From Antedon mediterranea (taxonomy: Eukaryota; Animalia; Echinodermata): a DNA stretch of 64,000 bases. Numbering within the stretch: position 1 is the first letter of the stretch; each line of letters starts with the position of its first letter. The stretch lies in NCBI RefSeq assembly GCF_964355755.1, contig NC_092678.1, positions 22,337,365 to 22,401,364 of the forward strand. The letters run 5' to 3'. A program made the position numbers and the translations under genes. The notes below the pieces were generated by a model that made no database searches, was not told the DNA's origin, and worked only from the letters and a program-made list of their open reading frames with translations. Of the stretch, positions 10,972 through 23,912 are shown one piece after another.

Positions 10972-13900
10972 TTAGGGATACTAGTAATATAACGGTTTTA
11001 ATCTGTATTCTGAAAAAGAGTATGCCTAACCATTCTAAAATAAATCATGTTATTCTCTATAACTGACTGAACTCAAATAAAAAAAAAATCAGTTTCCCGT
11101 GTTCAGTCACCAGTACCAGTTGCTTCCTACCAATGAGCAATGCCAATATTATATTAAAATTAATCATATTGATAATTTATTTCATAATCGTGTGACTAAT
11201 GAGAGGCTGTTATTCTGTCACTTTGCCAAACCAAAAACCAATATGTATATTGTAATTGCCAAATGTTTATTTTCTGAGTGTCTGTGGTTTACACTAATTA
11301 ATGCCAAGAAGTAACAATTTCCTTATAATAAATGCCAACTGCATTTATTAACTTGCAACTAACTTCACGATGTTTGTATATCATGGAGGGAGTGTTAGTC
11401 TTTCCGTGGAGAGACTCGCATCATTTCGATTCGATTTTGTGCGCGCTGATATTATGCGCTCTTTGTATTCACACGTCAAATATTTCCTACACCGATGTGC
11501 CCGACAAAATTAATTTTATTTACAGCGTTTGAACTTCAAATCAATCTCTTTATTCTCATCAAAACAATACACGTAACAAAAAGGAGTAAAACTAATTTAA
11601 AAGAAGATGAAAGTGACCTCAAGGAAACTCCAAGAGACTTATGATAGAAGGCTCACAAACTAGTTACATTGTAAGGTTTTGTGCGCGTGCGTGGAACCAC
11701 TGATAACATGCGCATGTCAAATATGTTACTTTTGAAATGTCCCACTGACGATTAGCCTATTATCTGTTAAAAAATGACAAAAATAGCGATATTTATTTAT
11801 TTATAGCGTAGGTACAATATTTATCAGTCTATTGTATTGTGCAAATCACAACCTCAATTACTCACTCACCATCAACTTTCGCAATATTGAGCAAAGTCCA
11901 CTAAAATTAACTGTAAACATCATTGCTCATAATCAAATATTTGCGATCATAAGTAGCAGTAGAAAAACAAGATAACCCTTAGTGTTCAGCAAGCAGACTG
12001 CAAGCCGTGACTTGTACATTTAATAAGTCAATATCAAAAAGCTTGATTAATAATGTTTGCTTAAGATAAATGCCAATTGTGTCGATATCGCTGTGTGCTA
12101 GCGCTGCACTATTGTATAGTGTATATATTAGGTCATGTTGTGTCTTAAGTCCATGATATGGCGTCTAGTAAAAATGGTTTTTCATAATTTAGAAATTTCC
12201 ATGGTAAGCCCTAGAGAAAATAGTTGATGCTTGAAATCTCACTGTATGGCTTCCTTGGCAGACTCCAACTGATGACTTGAAATATTGGGACAATATCGGG
12301 AGAGTTGGGAGGTCTACCTTGGCCCTTATATTATGTTTGTAGAGCCCCTTCTTTGAGTCACTTTCCTTTCAAAACGAGAGTAGATAACGGCCCCTATCAT
12401 GAAGTAAAGAATTAATCATGTCCCTGTTAAATAGTGTCCCTTTTTAATGGGTGTTGTTCTTTTAGTATAGTACGGCATCCATCCTCAGAGGACACCCCTA
12501 TTAAGTGGTTCCCCTTTAGGGGTTCGTCTGAGTATATAGCTTAATAACAATACTTTCTTTCCTAGGAGCCATTTATTATACATAGGCCATTTGCCCGAAT
12601 GCATCAACATAAACAATAAAATAAACTTATGTGTGCGTTAAATAACTATTATTTATTAACGATTTTTTTAAAATGTATCTTAAATGTATAATATGCAATA
12701 GGCCTTAAGTGAAATAATCGCTATATGTAAAGTACACATTAAATCATAATGCATTAAATTGTCAGCAAGATTGTAACCTGACGACTGTTTTTGACAACAT
12801 TAAATTAATAGTTTATTCCTATTACTAATTAAACACATGTTATATAAGCATCTCTGTTTAAAGGGAAATAATTACATCCGCACATCCGATCTTGAATTAT
12901 ATACCATATTTCCGGTTGTTCTACCACACATGGGCTAACGCTCATGCATAAGGCACGTATAGCCTCACTAAAAACCAACCAATATCGTATAATAATAGGC
13001 CTATGGTTTAGTAGGCCTACAGCGGTATAATCTCTTAACATGGTAATAATTACCACAGAATGTACTACTCTATCATCATATAACACTTCAAAGAGCCTAA
13101 TTATACTGCAATAAATAATGAATAGTTTTTTAAATATAAACGTTGTATCGACTTTTCGAATTGGATTTTAAACTTTTTCAACTGTATTTATATTTTAAAT
13201 ATTCGATAAATGTATTTATTTTTTATATTTTATTTTATCTGATAATTGTATTTGTTAATTTCTATGTGTAGAACCGGTAGACTGTTATTTTCATTATAAT
13301 GACTGTGGTACTGTATGATGAACTAATTGGCTTAATGTTGTTGCATTAGTAAAGAATGACACAAAAGTTTAGGTCTTAAAAAGCCCTATATTATCAATAT
13401 GTATACTTTATAATATTAGCGTCTCTTTATAACAGACGACATACAAATAGAAAGTCCATAGGCCTAATTTTGAAGTTTTGATCATACATAGAAATGATGA
13501 AATGAGCCGAAACCATAACATCTCATTTCAATCGAACTTTATCTGATTTCGAGAATGAAACAAATACTGTAATTAAACTTATTTTATAAATATGATAAAT
13601 GACGTCATTTCTTTATATTCTATTTAATCTAGTTTAGTTTAGTTTCTATGAAGAATTATTACTAAACTGCTAAATGATAATGATAACAAAAAAACAATTA
13701 AATTCCTATTCACACGACGTTATCATAATAACTAATAATAAAAATATCTCGTGATCCCATTGAATAAAAGTTTATCCAAACAGAGGGTAACAAATATAAT
13801 ACCCCCTGTTCGAAATCAGTCATTGTAATTAAAATGGTCTTCGAATTCGTCATCGCCTTACCGATAACAATGGTAAACCTAATGACAAAAACAAATTAAT

Positions 13901-14836
13901 TCTTCGGAATATTTTTTTAATCAGCACGTTTCCGGAAATGACCTTTTAATAATTTAGATTGTTTGAAATCAAGAAGCCATACTTTGGAAGCCAATATTGG
14001 ATATCCCGCGATGGTTTCCTTCAATTTCCACAGGAAATTTGTTTACAAGAAAAAGGCGGGAGTGTAGGGCTAAAAAGGCGCGAAAGAAACAACATTTTGT
14101 CTCTGTTATTCTTTGTGATTAATTTGCAATAATTGGCATTGATTACTTCATTCAGTTCCAACTAAATATTATTATTACTGGGAAGAGTGACATTACATTG
14201 TGATTTCACACTTCCCTGATTATTACATGTGCCCTGAGCACGTTTAGTGGATATAGGCTCGTTTATATATTGTTTTATTATATTTTAATTATATAAAACA
14301 ATATTAAATGGAATTGAAACCATCTATTGCCAATTTTCACATATTTCTAAAGAAAAAATATATAAATGAAATAGTGGGAGTGCGTCATGTTCTCTCATCA
14401 ATTTTAAATTTAATATTTTGTGCCATAAGCAAGTTAAATTTTAAAAAATATGTTTCCAATATTTCACATATTTTTTTAGAAAAAAAAAATTTCAATCACA
14501 ATATATAGTTTTTTTAGGCCTATATCTGTCTAAAATATGTATTTTTTATTTGTCTCAACAATTGATCATCATTTTTAATTTTTGATTGTGCTAAAACGGA
14601 AATCATGTGACTGAAATTGGATGATTCAACGGATGTTTTGTGGTGTTTTCATTAAATTCATCATTTAACATTAATCCGATACACGAACTGGCATGTTTTC
14701 TATTTAAAGGATGAAATTAATTTATTTTTTATTCCTTTCGCTATGTTAAGTGAAAGACAAGATCTTCGGGTTTATTTGTTTATTTTGTTGTTGTTAAAAG
14801 CCACAAAAAACAAGTCTTCGTTGGTAACATTTTCAC

Positions 14837-14920
14837 ACGCGCGTACAAGAAACGTTTGAACGCGCTTGTACCAGAAACGTTTGAACGCGCGCGTACAAGA
14901 AACGTTTGGACGCGCGCGTA
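14837..14920. repeat. ~25-bp tandem repeat (ACGCGCGCGTACAAGAAACGTTTGA) x3.4
   Basis: Direct inspection. Confidence 0.9.
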
Positions 14921-17031
14921 AATTATGTGTCTCAGATAACGGAAGGGCTTTCCGTAGTATAAGCTAACACAATTATCACAGTAGTCCATCAATACCAATC
15001 GATTTACTTTACTTCCGAATTTCAAACGTCAAAAAAACAAATATCAATATTTCGTTGCGGTACATTGGTCATCGAAATGACCAGTAATCAGCCAAAACAA
15101 CTTTATTAATTTAGACCGGAAGTTGATTAACCAGCATTGACGATATATTAATCTGTAATTGACTAGAGACCATGGACAATTAGGCCTACTTATTTTAGAA
15201 TTAATAAACTAAATTTGATAAATATGAACTCAGGTGTGACTCCTCAGTTGTTTCGTTTGTAACTGATCAATGATGCATCGAAATAATCTTTTTACAAAAC
15301 TTTTATAGCCTACAAACAAATGCAATTTATTGTGATTATGTGTGTGGGGTGACTAAATATGACGTCTAAATACATATTCATTCATTCATATATTCAACAC
15401 TAATCATTGAGAGTTGAATTGAAAGAATTGAATTCGTTTTGTGAAATTGATTTTTTTTTTAATGGAAGTCGAATGACACCACCCAGGATGGAAATGATTC
15501 TAAATCGGTCTTTGACTTCTAACAGTTAGTCAATAGTTCCTCTGTGGAAATGATACAGTTGCATGAATTAAAGGGATCAATATACTCATGCATTTCATCA
15601 TATCTGTGAATCATCTTTGGCGGCAAAGTTGCTCATCCGGGGGACTATGAGGATGGTGTGTACGGTTAGGCCTACTGTGCACCGCCAGGCCTATTCAGCA
15701 TCTCAACCGTGTGGAGTTGTTTTGTTTTTTTAAAGGCTGGTCTGGTATATTAATTGCTAGCCTAAGAACCATGTTATTGATTTTTATAACATGAATCCTG
15801 TACCAAAGAGTTTTTTAATGTATTTTACATCCATAATTAATGAAACCGAAACTAATGAAGAATTAAGTTAGTACGTTATTTTGCACGCAATGCGTTTGCT
15901 ATTCATTTTTAGGAACTTTGTACAGAGAGGAAAGAGTCATCATCAACAAACTCAATAGAACCTCTATTGAGGAGACACCCATATTAAGGGCACAATGAAT
16001 GAAATGAAATGTTTGTTAACCCGAGAAAAAACTCGCATAACACTACAGAGGATAGAAGGAGACACTTAATTCCCGTAAAACGAATGAGGGGCATCAGCAG
16101 CAGAGTACTACTCTTTTTACACTACGACCAACCCTTATAAGGAACACTCCTATTTTAGGGTTCATTTTGTGGTGGTAATAGACACATAATACTCTGCAGT
16201 GAATTACCTTATATACCATGTTTATGTACAGAATACCGATTGCATACCGCGGTAAAATAATGTTTTACTGCGGTAAGGACTGGTCTTATGATTGACATAG
16301 CGTAATACTTGAACAGTAACAGTTATATAATACATATTTTAAAATAAAAGCCACACATTGTATAGTACAATATTGTACAGTTATGAAATATAACCCTATA
16401 CATGTTTATAGTACACTGTAGTGTATTTTTAGTACATAACATTATTGATGGCCAATATCGAAATTTGAATGGCAGGCAGTTAAACAAACTGTCACAGTGA
16501 TCGAGCACATTGTTACCAAACTTAAGTATTGAAGCTTGGCTCTTTTGTCACAATCTTAACCATTGTAGTTCGTTTAATACCAGCAAACAATAAACCAACA
16601 ATTGATCGAAATCATCTTTATATCAGACTACCTTCATCAAATCTACTTCCTGACAAATATTGACTTAACTCACAGACTCACAACAAATTAAAACCAACGG
16701 CAAACAAGGACTGTACATAGGTCGTTTCGTTGTGAAAACATTGTAAACAAGTCTCTAGTGAAAATCATGATATACTGTACTTTATGTGGCACTTCACAAT
16801 ATAGGTCGCTTTAGTGTGGAGTAGGCCTAGATAGTAATCTAGTAATTTTAAAACGGTCCTATATGACTAATACTGTTTAAGGTCATCGTACAGGGGGAAG
16901 GGAAGGCTTGTCAGATACGTGGCCATACCCTTGGTTAATGCATAACGTTTAACGCATTGTATTGTCATATAACATCAATTTGCCTGTTTTTTTTTAATCC
17001 ACTTCTTCGGCAAGAGGTGGATGTTGATATT

Positions 17032-17131
17032 ACGACGCGCGCGTGCTGCTATTGATAATCACGATGTACGCGTACTGCTATTGATAATCACGACGCGCGC
17101 GTGCTGATACTAATAATCACGACGCGCGCGT
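17032..17131. repeat. 29-bp tandem repeat (ACGACGCGCGCGTGCTGCTATTGATAATC) x3.4
   Basis: Direct inspection. Confidence 0.9.
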
Positions 17132-17302
17132 CAACTTGTGTACGCGTATTGTTTCGATGCTCTATGCTAAAAATAACACAAGTTATACCTAGCTGTACGG
17201 TAATACGTACGTAGCCTAATATTAACATTCATTTCAACAAATGTGATGCATAAAAGGCCGATGTTTATCTTGAAGGTGGATTTAGTTTGGATGAATGACT
17301 GT

Positions 17303-17567
17303 TAGATAAGATAAGATAAATTTATTGAATCAGCGGCACACGTTTATAAGGCAATGTAAAAACAAAAAGAAAAGTATCAAAAAATAACATTTAAGTCTTA
17401 ACTAAGAAGCGAATTATACAAGTAAAATGAAATTAGTAAAAACAAGGTAATCTTACATATCGAACAATACTTAACCTATATGATGGAGTTAATGTTATTA
17501 TCTATTTATTATCAGTATTATTAATATTTTCAAGTTTTAAGCGAATATATTATCATTATTATTACTA

Positions 17568-17598
<31 letters not shown>

Positions 17599-17805
17599 TA
17601 ATTGCTAATTGATTTATTATACTGTTATTATTAAAATAAATGCAACTTTTATATGATTATTTGTTCTTATTATATTTAATATTAATAGTTATTTGTAATT
17701 TAATTAAATGTGATACAATTTTTATTATACTATTTAGTCTTATTTTTAGTACTGTATTATTTATTTATTTTATTTAGATTTAGGTTACATTATATAATTT
17801 TGAAG

Positions 17806-17837
<32 letters not shown>

Positions 17838-19092
17838 TAAAAATATAATATATTATTGAATTAGATAAATGGTAAAATAATGTTAGTAGATAATATGGTG
17901 GGCGGTAAATATTTATATATTATATATTAAGTGTAGTCTTTCTATGTCTCCATGCAGCAGTTAAGTATTGTTTACAGTGATAGTCTACAATTTCACCGAT
18001 TCTCTCAAATGGAAATTCTAAATAAAGGTCATCAAGTAAAATATGATGTTGGTATTCGATTGTACCACTTCTAAAATTCTCCCAGAATGTATCATAACCA
18101 CAATACAATAAATCCATTTTTAGTAAGTTAAAATGTGTTTCTCTTACATTTTTAAGGTTTGAACATTCAAGTAGAAAATGGTCTGTAGTTTCAATTAACT
18201 GATTGTTGCATAGCTTGCAAAAACCAGTCTCATTTTCTGACCATGTATTTTTTCTACCTTCTAAATCAAGAGAGTTAGACCTCGCTTTAAACTTTAAACT
18301 AATGGAATCAAAATTCACCATATCAAACATGTATGTCTCTGCTTTAGGTTCATGTTTATATTTCAAATATTCGGAGAGGGTTGACTTTGTTTTTGCACCT
18401 TCTAACCATTCCTTGATATTTTCTAGAGAGTTGGCATGTGTAAAACTCTTGAACCATTGACTTTCCGGATTTAAATTAAACTTATTTCCTAAATCAAATT
18501 TACATAATAAATCTTTGATATGGTTAATCCACTTCCATTTCACCTTATCTTCTACATCCATTATAGATCTACATAGTAGTTTTTGCCACCTTTGGTCATC
18601 CATATTTTTAATTCTGTTAAAATAGGACATCCTAGATTTATTTTGGATGGTGTAGAGTGTCTCCCATCCTAGGTCACCAATCAATGCCGCTTTCGCGACG
18701 TTTCTTGGTGCCTTCAAAATAATTCTAGCCATTTGGTATTGTAAATTTTCTAACTTATTTAGTGAACCTTTAGAGTTACATAACCATATTGCAGAGGCGT
18801 AATTAATTGTTGGTAATCCTATCGTTCTCCATAAAAGATCACCATAGTATACCCTATTGAAATCATTCTGATTGTTTATAATAGAGGTAATATAGGCTAT
18901 TATCCTATTTCCCTTTTTGATTACTTCATTGATATTGTCAGAATCTGTATATGAACGTGATATTATTACACCAAGATATTTATACCTTTCTATTTCTGTG
19001 ATATAATGATTACCAAGGCTCCATGTTCTATGTGGATTTACTCTTTGCCCTGTGACCAGCACATTTGATTTGTCAAAATTAAACTCTAATTT
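17303..19092 (-). mobile_element. 5'-truncated non-LTR retrotransposon (probably CR1/L2 group)
   Basis: ORF2 C-terminal part, then ~600 bp of AT-rich 3' UTR ending in AATAAA and a (TTATC)3 tail on the minus strand (17303-17326); coding homology stops abruptly at ~19092. Confidence 0.85.
17920..19062 (-). pseudogene. LINE ORF2 fragment (end of reverse transcriptase, thumb region and C-terminal Cys/His finger)
   Basis: 380-aa open frame preceded in frame by LEFNFDKSNV; RT motif YKYLGVII; PTINYASAIW; C-terminal CKLC...ETTDHFLLEC. No endonuclease or YxDD core, so non-autonomous. Confidence 0.85.
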
Positions 19093-20024
19093 AACGGATA
19101 TAATATCTTAAAGCTATAGTATCGACCTTGTAGTAGACACTAAAGAATCAATTGTTCCTTTTTTTTTAAACATTCGATCCAAACAATCCGATCGATGCGT
19201 TTGATTGTTGTTGCTATTGTTCTCTTTAATATAACCAGGAAGTTTGTTCGGTTAATTCATTACAGCGTTTCATTACCATAGCAACTCATGTCATAAGTTC
19301 GATGTCTGTCAATGTACCATGTTTAAAATATTTATAAATAATTGTACAAATATGAATGGTTGTACTATTTTTAGTCAAGTTGATTGATTCGACATTATTA
19401 GTGGATTTAACAAAAAAAAGGATGATGCTAAATCAATTGAACCATTGACGGCGGATAGTTACAGAGAAACAAACAGTAAAAAAACACAAACTTAAAGCGC
19501 GTACACATTTTGATGTTCACTGCCTTTTTTTTAAGCGCGCGTGTCAACTTATTTTTGTAAAACCATAATAATACAATCTTTCATTAAATATATGCCGTTA
19601 ATACAATTCTATGTCTCGAGTTTATAAGTCTTATACAAAAGTATGCGTGACGTCACTTTAGATTTCAAATCTATTGTGATATTGATAAATAAGCACGCGC
19701 ATTTGTGTTGCATTTCATTTTGTAATAAAAAATAGCACAAAACTGTATCCAATGTGTGTATAGGTTTATAGGCCTAAATATCAATGACGTAATTAATCCA
19801 AATGACTGGTCTATTCCTAGCGATTCCAGAGGTATCGAAATATTGAATATTTTATTTAATCAGTGAATCTCTAGACAAACTCCATGGATAAGTGACAATT
19901 TCTGTAGTGAAACCATCAAGACATTTTTTGTGCGCGTACATATGACAACGATATTCGCACGCGCGCGTCAATGTACACGCACTCAAATGCACGCGCGCGT
20001 ATATTGACGCTCATGGTTATTCAT

Positions 20025-20953
20025 ACGCCCGTATTCTTAAACCGGACTTTAGTCGTAGTTCGAAGTTCGACTTGGAAAAGTCGTAGTTCGAGCTATTACT
20101 TCAAATTCGATTCAAAAACGAAGTAGTCGAAGTTTGCAGTTCGACTTAATGAAGTCGAACTTTTAGTCGAGTTGCACACGTCTGGGTAACAAAGGCTATA
20201 CATTGGCCAATGACAAGAGAGTATTTGAGGAGCAGACGAAATTTTGCGCATTGATATCACTTTCCATTTCTTACAACACTTTTTACGCATCAGGACTATA
20301 TACATGAAAAATAATTTTAATCGTTAATTATTAGAACAATATCAGTATTAATTTAACAGTGAAGTATATTTGATTAACAACAAATAAAATCTTAAAAATA
20401 TATTTAGGAACCATGGCGGTACGGTAACTTTTATATTTTCTAGGCCCCCAACAAACTATGATCGCCACGAACCACGCACTTCATAGCGTGACAAGAAAGC
20501 GCTAGGCCCCCTAAACATTCCATCGCGTGGTGAATTGCCGCATCTCCCATTGTCGCTATGGCGTGACGTAGCTCAAGTCGGACTTGCGCGAAGAAAATAA
20601 TGTAATTTGTATACAGTTGTAAATAAAGATGATTTTCATTATTATAATCTATACCAATGTATATTTAATTAAGCTAATATAAATATAGATATTTCATTCT
20701 TCAATATCTGGCCAATATAACAACTTAATGACTGTTACGTTTTTTATAAACATCGTTTAAAAACCATTTAGTCGACCATTTAGTCTTCCCCCTCCAGGAC
20801 TAAAAAAATCGATCAAAATCCGTCTCGATTTAGTCGAGGTTGGCCTGATTTAGTCGGTGATTTAGTTGAAGTTCGGTTTATGAATTAAAATGACGTCATT
20901 TTTTTAGTTTTAGCTCGAACTACGACTAAAGTCCGGTTTAAGAATACGGGCGT
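20025..20953. mobile_element. non-autonomous DNA transposon with 39-bp perfect TIRs
   Basis: ACGCCCGTATTCTTAAACCGGACTTTAGTCGTAGTTCGA at 20025 and its exact reverse complement ending at 20953; subterminal TAGTCG/TTCGA repeats; no clean TSD. Confidence 0.85.
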
Positions 20954-21060
20954 TATTGTTCATTGACGCGCGCATACCAATTTCGTGGTTATTCATAGTT
21001 GATATGCTTCATATAAGGCTTAAGCCTACATCCTACAACTATAGTTACATAACCTCAGTT

Positions 21061-21132
21061 GGCTCGGTGGCCAAGTGGTAAGGCGTCTGTCTCGTAAACA
21101 GAAGATCATGGGTTCAAACCCCATTCGGGCCT
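21061..21132 (+). tRNA. tRNA-Thr-CGT: tRNA-Thr, anticodon CGT
   Basis: Full cloverleaf: acceptor GGCTCGG/TCGGGCC, D arm GCC-AAGTGGTAA-GGC, anticodon arm TCTGT-CTCGTAA-ACAGA, T arm ATGGG-TTCAAAC-CCCAT, discriminator T; closely resembles metazoan tRNA-Thr(CGT). Confidence 0.93.
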
Positions 21133-21133
21133 A

Positions 21134-21139
21134 TTTTTT
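21134..21139 (+). terminator. Pol III terminator (T6) of the tRNA gene
   Basis: TTTTTT one base after the discriminator. Confidence 0.75.
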
Positions 21140-22336
21140 ATGATATTTTTCCTCCTCTTAGTTTAAACTATATACAGTACTATAGGCGTTAACCATATCC
21201 TTAAATATATATTGTTTAAATAAACCACAACGGTTTGACAAATAGTGATAATACATGTTACAGAGGACTACAAACGGATAAAAGAGGATAATTGAATACA
21301 TTCAATGGTTTTAAGTACACGAAGTAAACTTTACAAGCTCTTAATATAAATTAAAATCGATTTATCGATCGTAGGCTCCCGTTTTGCAACGTTGTATTTC
21401 GATGCGGTCCTCTTATCCAAACCAAAGATAACTGGCTGCTCATGCAACGTACATATATATATATATATCGATCATTATCATTACGTATTATTTCCATTAT
21501 AAAAACTCTATGATTGATAATGATTTATGTTAATATCACAAGTACAGTATTGGTATATACGCGCACCATACCCTATATCAATCATTATAATCATCGCACA
21601 TGAAACAGACAAACTGCGATTAAGCCCATGGGCCTATAATATGAACTGTAAATATAAAAGATAGAGCGGTTATTATAATAGTAATTAATTTCTTCTGTCT
21701 GTTAATTTGTTCATAATCTGGGATAGTATACAATTATTCCATAGCATTGTTATTTTTACCATTGTTTTTTTTCGCACAATTGTTTGTCATCGTTGACGCC
21801 AGTGCTTTAAAATTACTTAGCATGCAAAAACAGGTGCTGCCTCGAACTTGTAAAAAACATTGTTTTGTATTGTCATTTAATTATAAAACAATCGGCATGT
21901 GCTGCAAACAGGAATAAGCTCGCATTTTGAATATAATTTATGGACAACAACGCTAGAGAAGTATAAACACCCTGGAATTGCAGTTTTAATGCCAAGGTCG
22001 GTAAATCAGTCTTATTTGTAAGGTAAGTGTTTTGATTAATTTGTTGTAATTTTCGCGCGTAAAAATGCATTTCCGATAGGAAATGGAATTGTAACAATTT
22101 AGACGCGCGCGCCATGTTTACTATTTCCGCCTATAATAACCATGGATTACAATAGGCCTACTCCATGCAATATAACATGCGAGAAACCATTAGATATTAT
22201 TATAATATCTCTATGGATAGTGATTCAGGGAGGTTATAGAATATAAAGGTAATTAATCGACATCTTGGGGTCCGTCTTGCTAATTATTAAGTAATTAATT
22301 TTAGTATATATTTTGGTATTTTTGGATGAGTTTGAT

Positions 22337-22445
22337 GGGACCGTACCGAGGAGAAATGTCTATTTGTCCATGTTTGGTTTGTGGGAACGGGATGTCTATT
22401 TGTCCATGTCGGTTTACTGGGACCGGGTAACGTCTATTTGTCCGA
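22337..22445. repeat. ~35-bp diverged triplicate (GGGACCG...TGTCTATTTGTCC)
   Basis: GTCTATTTGTCC occurs three times, each preceded by TGGGA(C/A)CG. Confidence 0.75.
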
Positions 22446-22801
22446 GTTACTAGACTGTATACCTTTATTAACACCATAGAGATATTATACTGTATATCTC
22501 TATGTTAACACTGAAGATTGGAATTGTCTAATCTATTCTTATAAAACAATAGAGTTTTCACGGCTATAGCATCAAAGGCGCCGACATGACAATGACGTGA
22601 AGATACCACAATGAAAGTGATTAACGAAATCTCACTTTAAAGTAAGGTGTAAATAATGGATACAGTAATTATGTTAGCAATTTGAAATCATTGATGATTG
22701 CTGTTACGTGTAGAACTGTGTAAACGTGATTACATCATTGTTTCTGCCCATTTATATTATTAGGATAGGCCTATTCCGGAGAAAAGTGAGGATGAGTAAA
22801 T

Positions 22802-23222
22802 ATGTGACTCATTTGTTAATATAATTCCGGTTATTATAATGCAAACACACAATGTGCTGCTTTTACATTTCGTCAATACAAAAAAGAATAACGGCCAAAA
22901 CTTCATAACTGGGGTAACTGCAAATTAAGAGACGAACAAATATTGAACATTTAAAGTATATGAACTATTTATAATAATAATAATAAAAAGTGATGCAAAT
23001 GGTATTGAATTTTAGAAAAATAATAAGGCATGTGACTCATTTATTAAAATGATTTAATTTATTGTAAATTCAAACACACAATTTCAATGAATTTCGTCAA
23101 TACAAAAAAAGAATAACGACCAAAACTACATAACTGGAGTAACAACTAATATACGAACACATATTTAACATTTAAAGTATATGAACTAGCTATAAATAAT
23201 ATTAATATAGATAAAAGTGATT
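22802..23222. repeat. tandem duplication, 228-bp period, each copy starting with an AP-1 site
   Basis: ATGTGACTCATTT at 22802 and 23030; shared CAAACACACAAT, TTTCGTCAATACAAAAAA and ACATTTAAAGTATATGAACTA. Confidence 0.85.
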
Positions 23223-23649
23223 CGAATTTCATATAATAATTTTATACAATGTTTTAATTTAATATACCCGAAGACCTGTATCTTATTAATTAACATAAGT
23301 TTAGGCATGGAAGAATTAAATACTTCCTCCATGGTTTAAGCATTGTTAGGCGCTCTGTTCTTGGTAGGGCGCCATAAAAGCTTAACACACAGTAAACAAC
23401 AAAACGGAAACTATTACGTAACACATTAAAGTCACGTTATTAGCCTAGCTAAGTACCGACCGACATTAATAAGCCTAAATATGCATATTTCAATCAGGAA
23501 TAGTTATGAACGGAGAAAGAATAGGTCTACAAGTAATTAGGACTAATAAATGTCTGATAAATTAATTCGATATTTTCAAAATTAGGGAAAACTAGGGGTT
23601 TAACTAAATCTCGTTCACAAACTTCGGTATAGCGCCACCTATGATGTGG

Positions 23650-23912
23650 AAGCAGAACGGAAGTTCACTCTTTATTTCCCATTCAGATTTTTTTTTTAAG
23701 TAGGCGGAGTTATGTATATGATTTGGTAAACAAGTAATTCCTTCCTATTCCTTATCTATTGAATGGAAGGTTTCCATAACGATTGAAAGAATAAGTCTGT
23801 GACGTTTCATAATACGCTGTGCTGATTGGCTATTGGCAGTGACTTCGGTGACTTCCGCTGTTTGTCAATCATGTTATAAGAATAAAAGCAAAGCGAGGCC
23901 ATGCATTCAGTA
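23650..23912 (+). promoter_or_regulatory. putative DUSP6/7 proximal and core promoter
   Basis: Ets CGGAAGT 23658 and ACTTCCG 23851; GC-box-like AGGCGGAGT 23702; Forkhead GTAAACA 23726; CRE half TGACGT 23800; two reverse CCAAT (23825, 23832); TATAA 23875; Inr-like TCAGT 23907. The TSS is inferred, not observed. Confidence 0.6.

Noticed and set aside
12264-12290. CTGATGA-CTT-GAAA hammerhead-like string
   Set aside because: No stem II can form; likely chance.
22141-22215. Two further CAT...ATG stubs (22141-22167, 22188-22215)
   Set aside because: Ends match the P-type stubs but the 7-bp flanks are too diverged, so they were left out of the count of eight.
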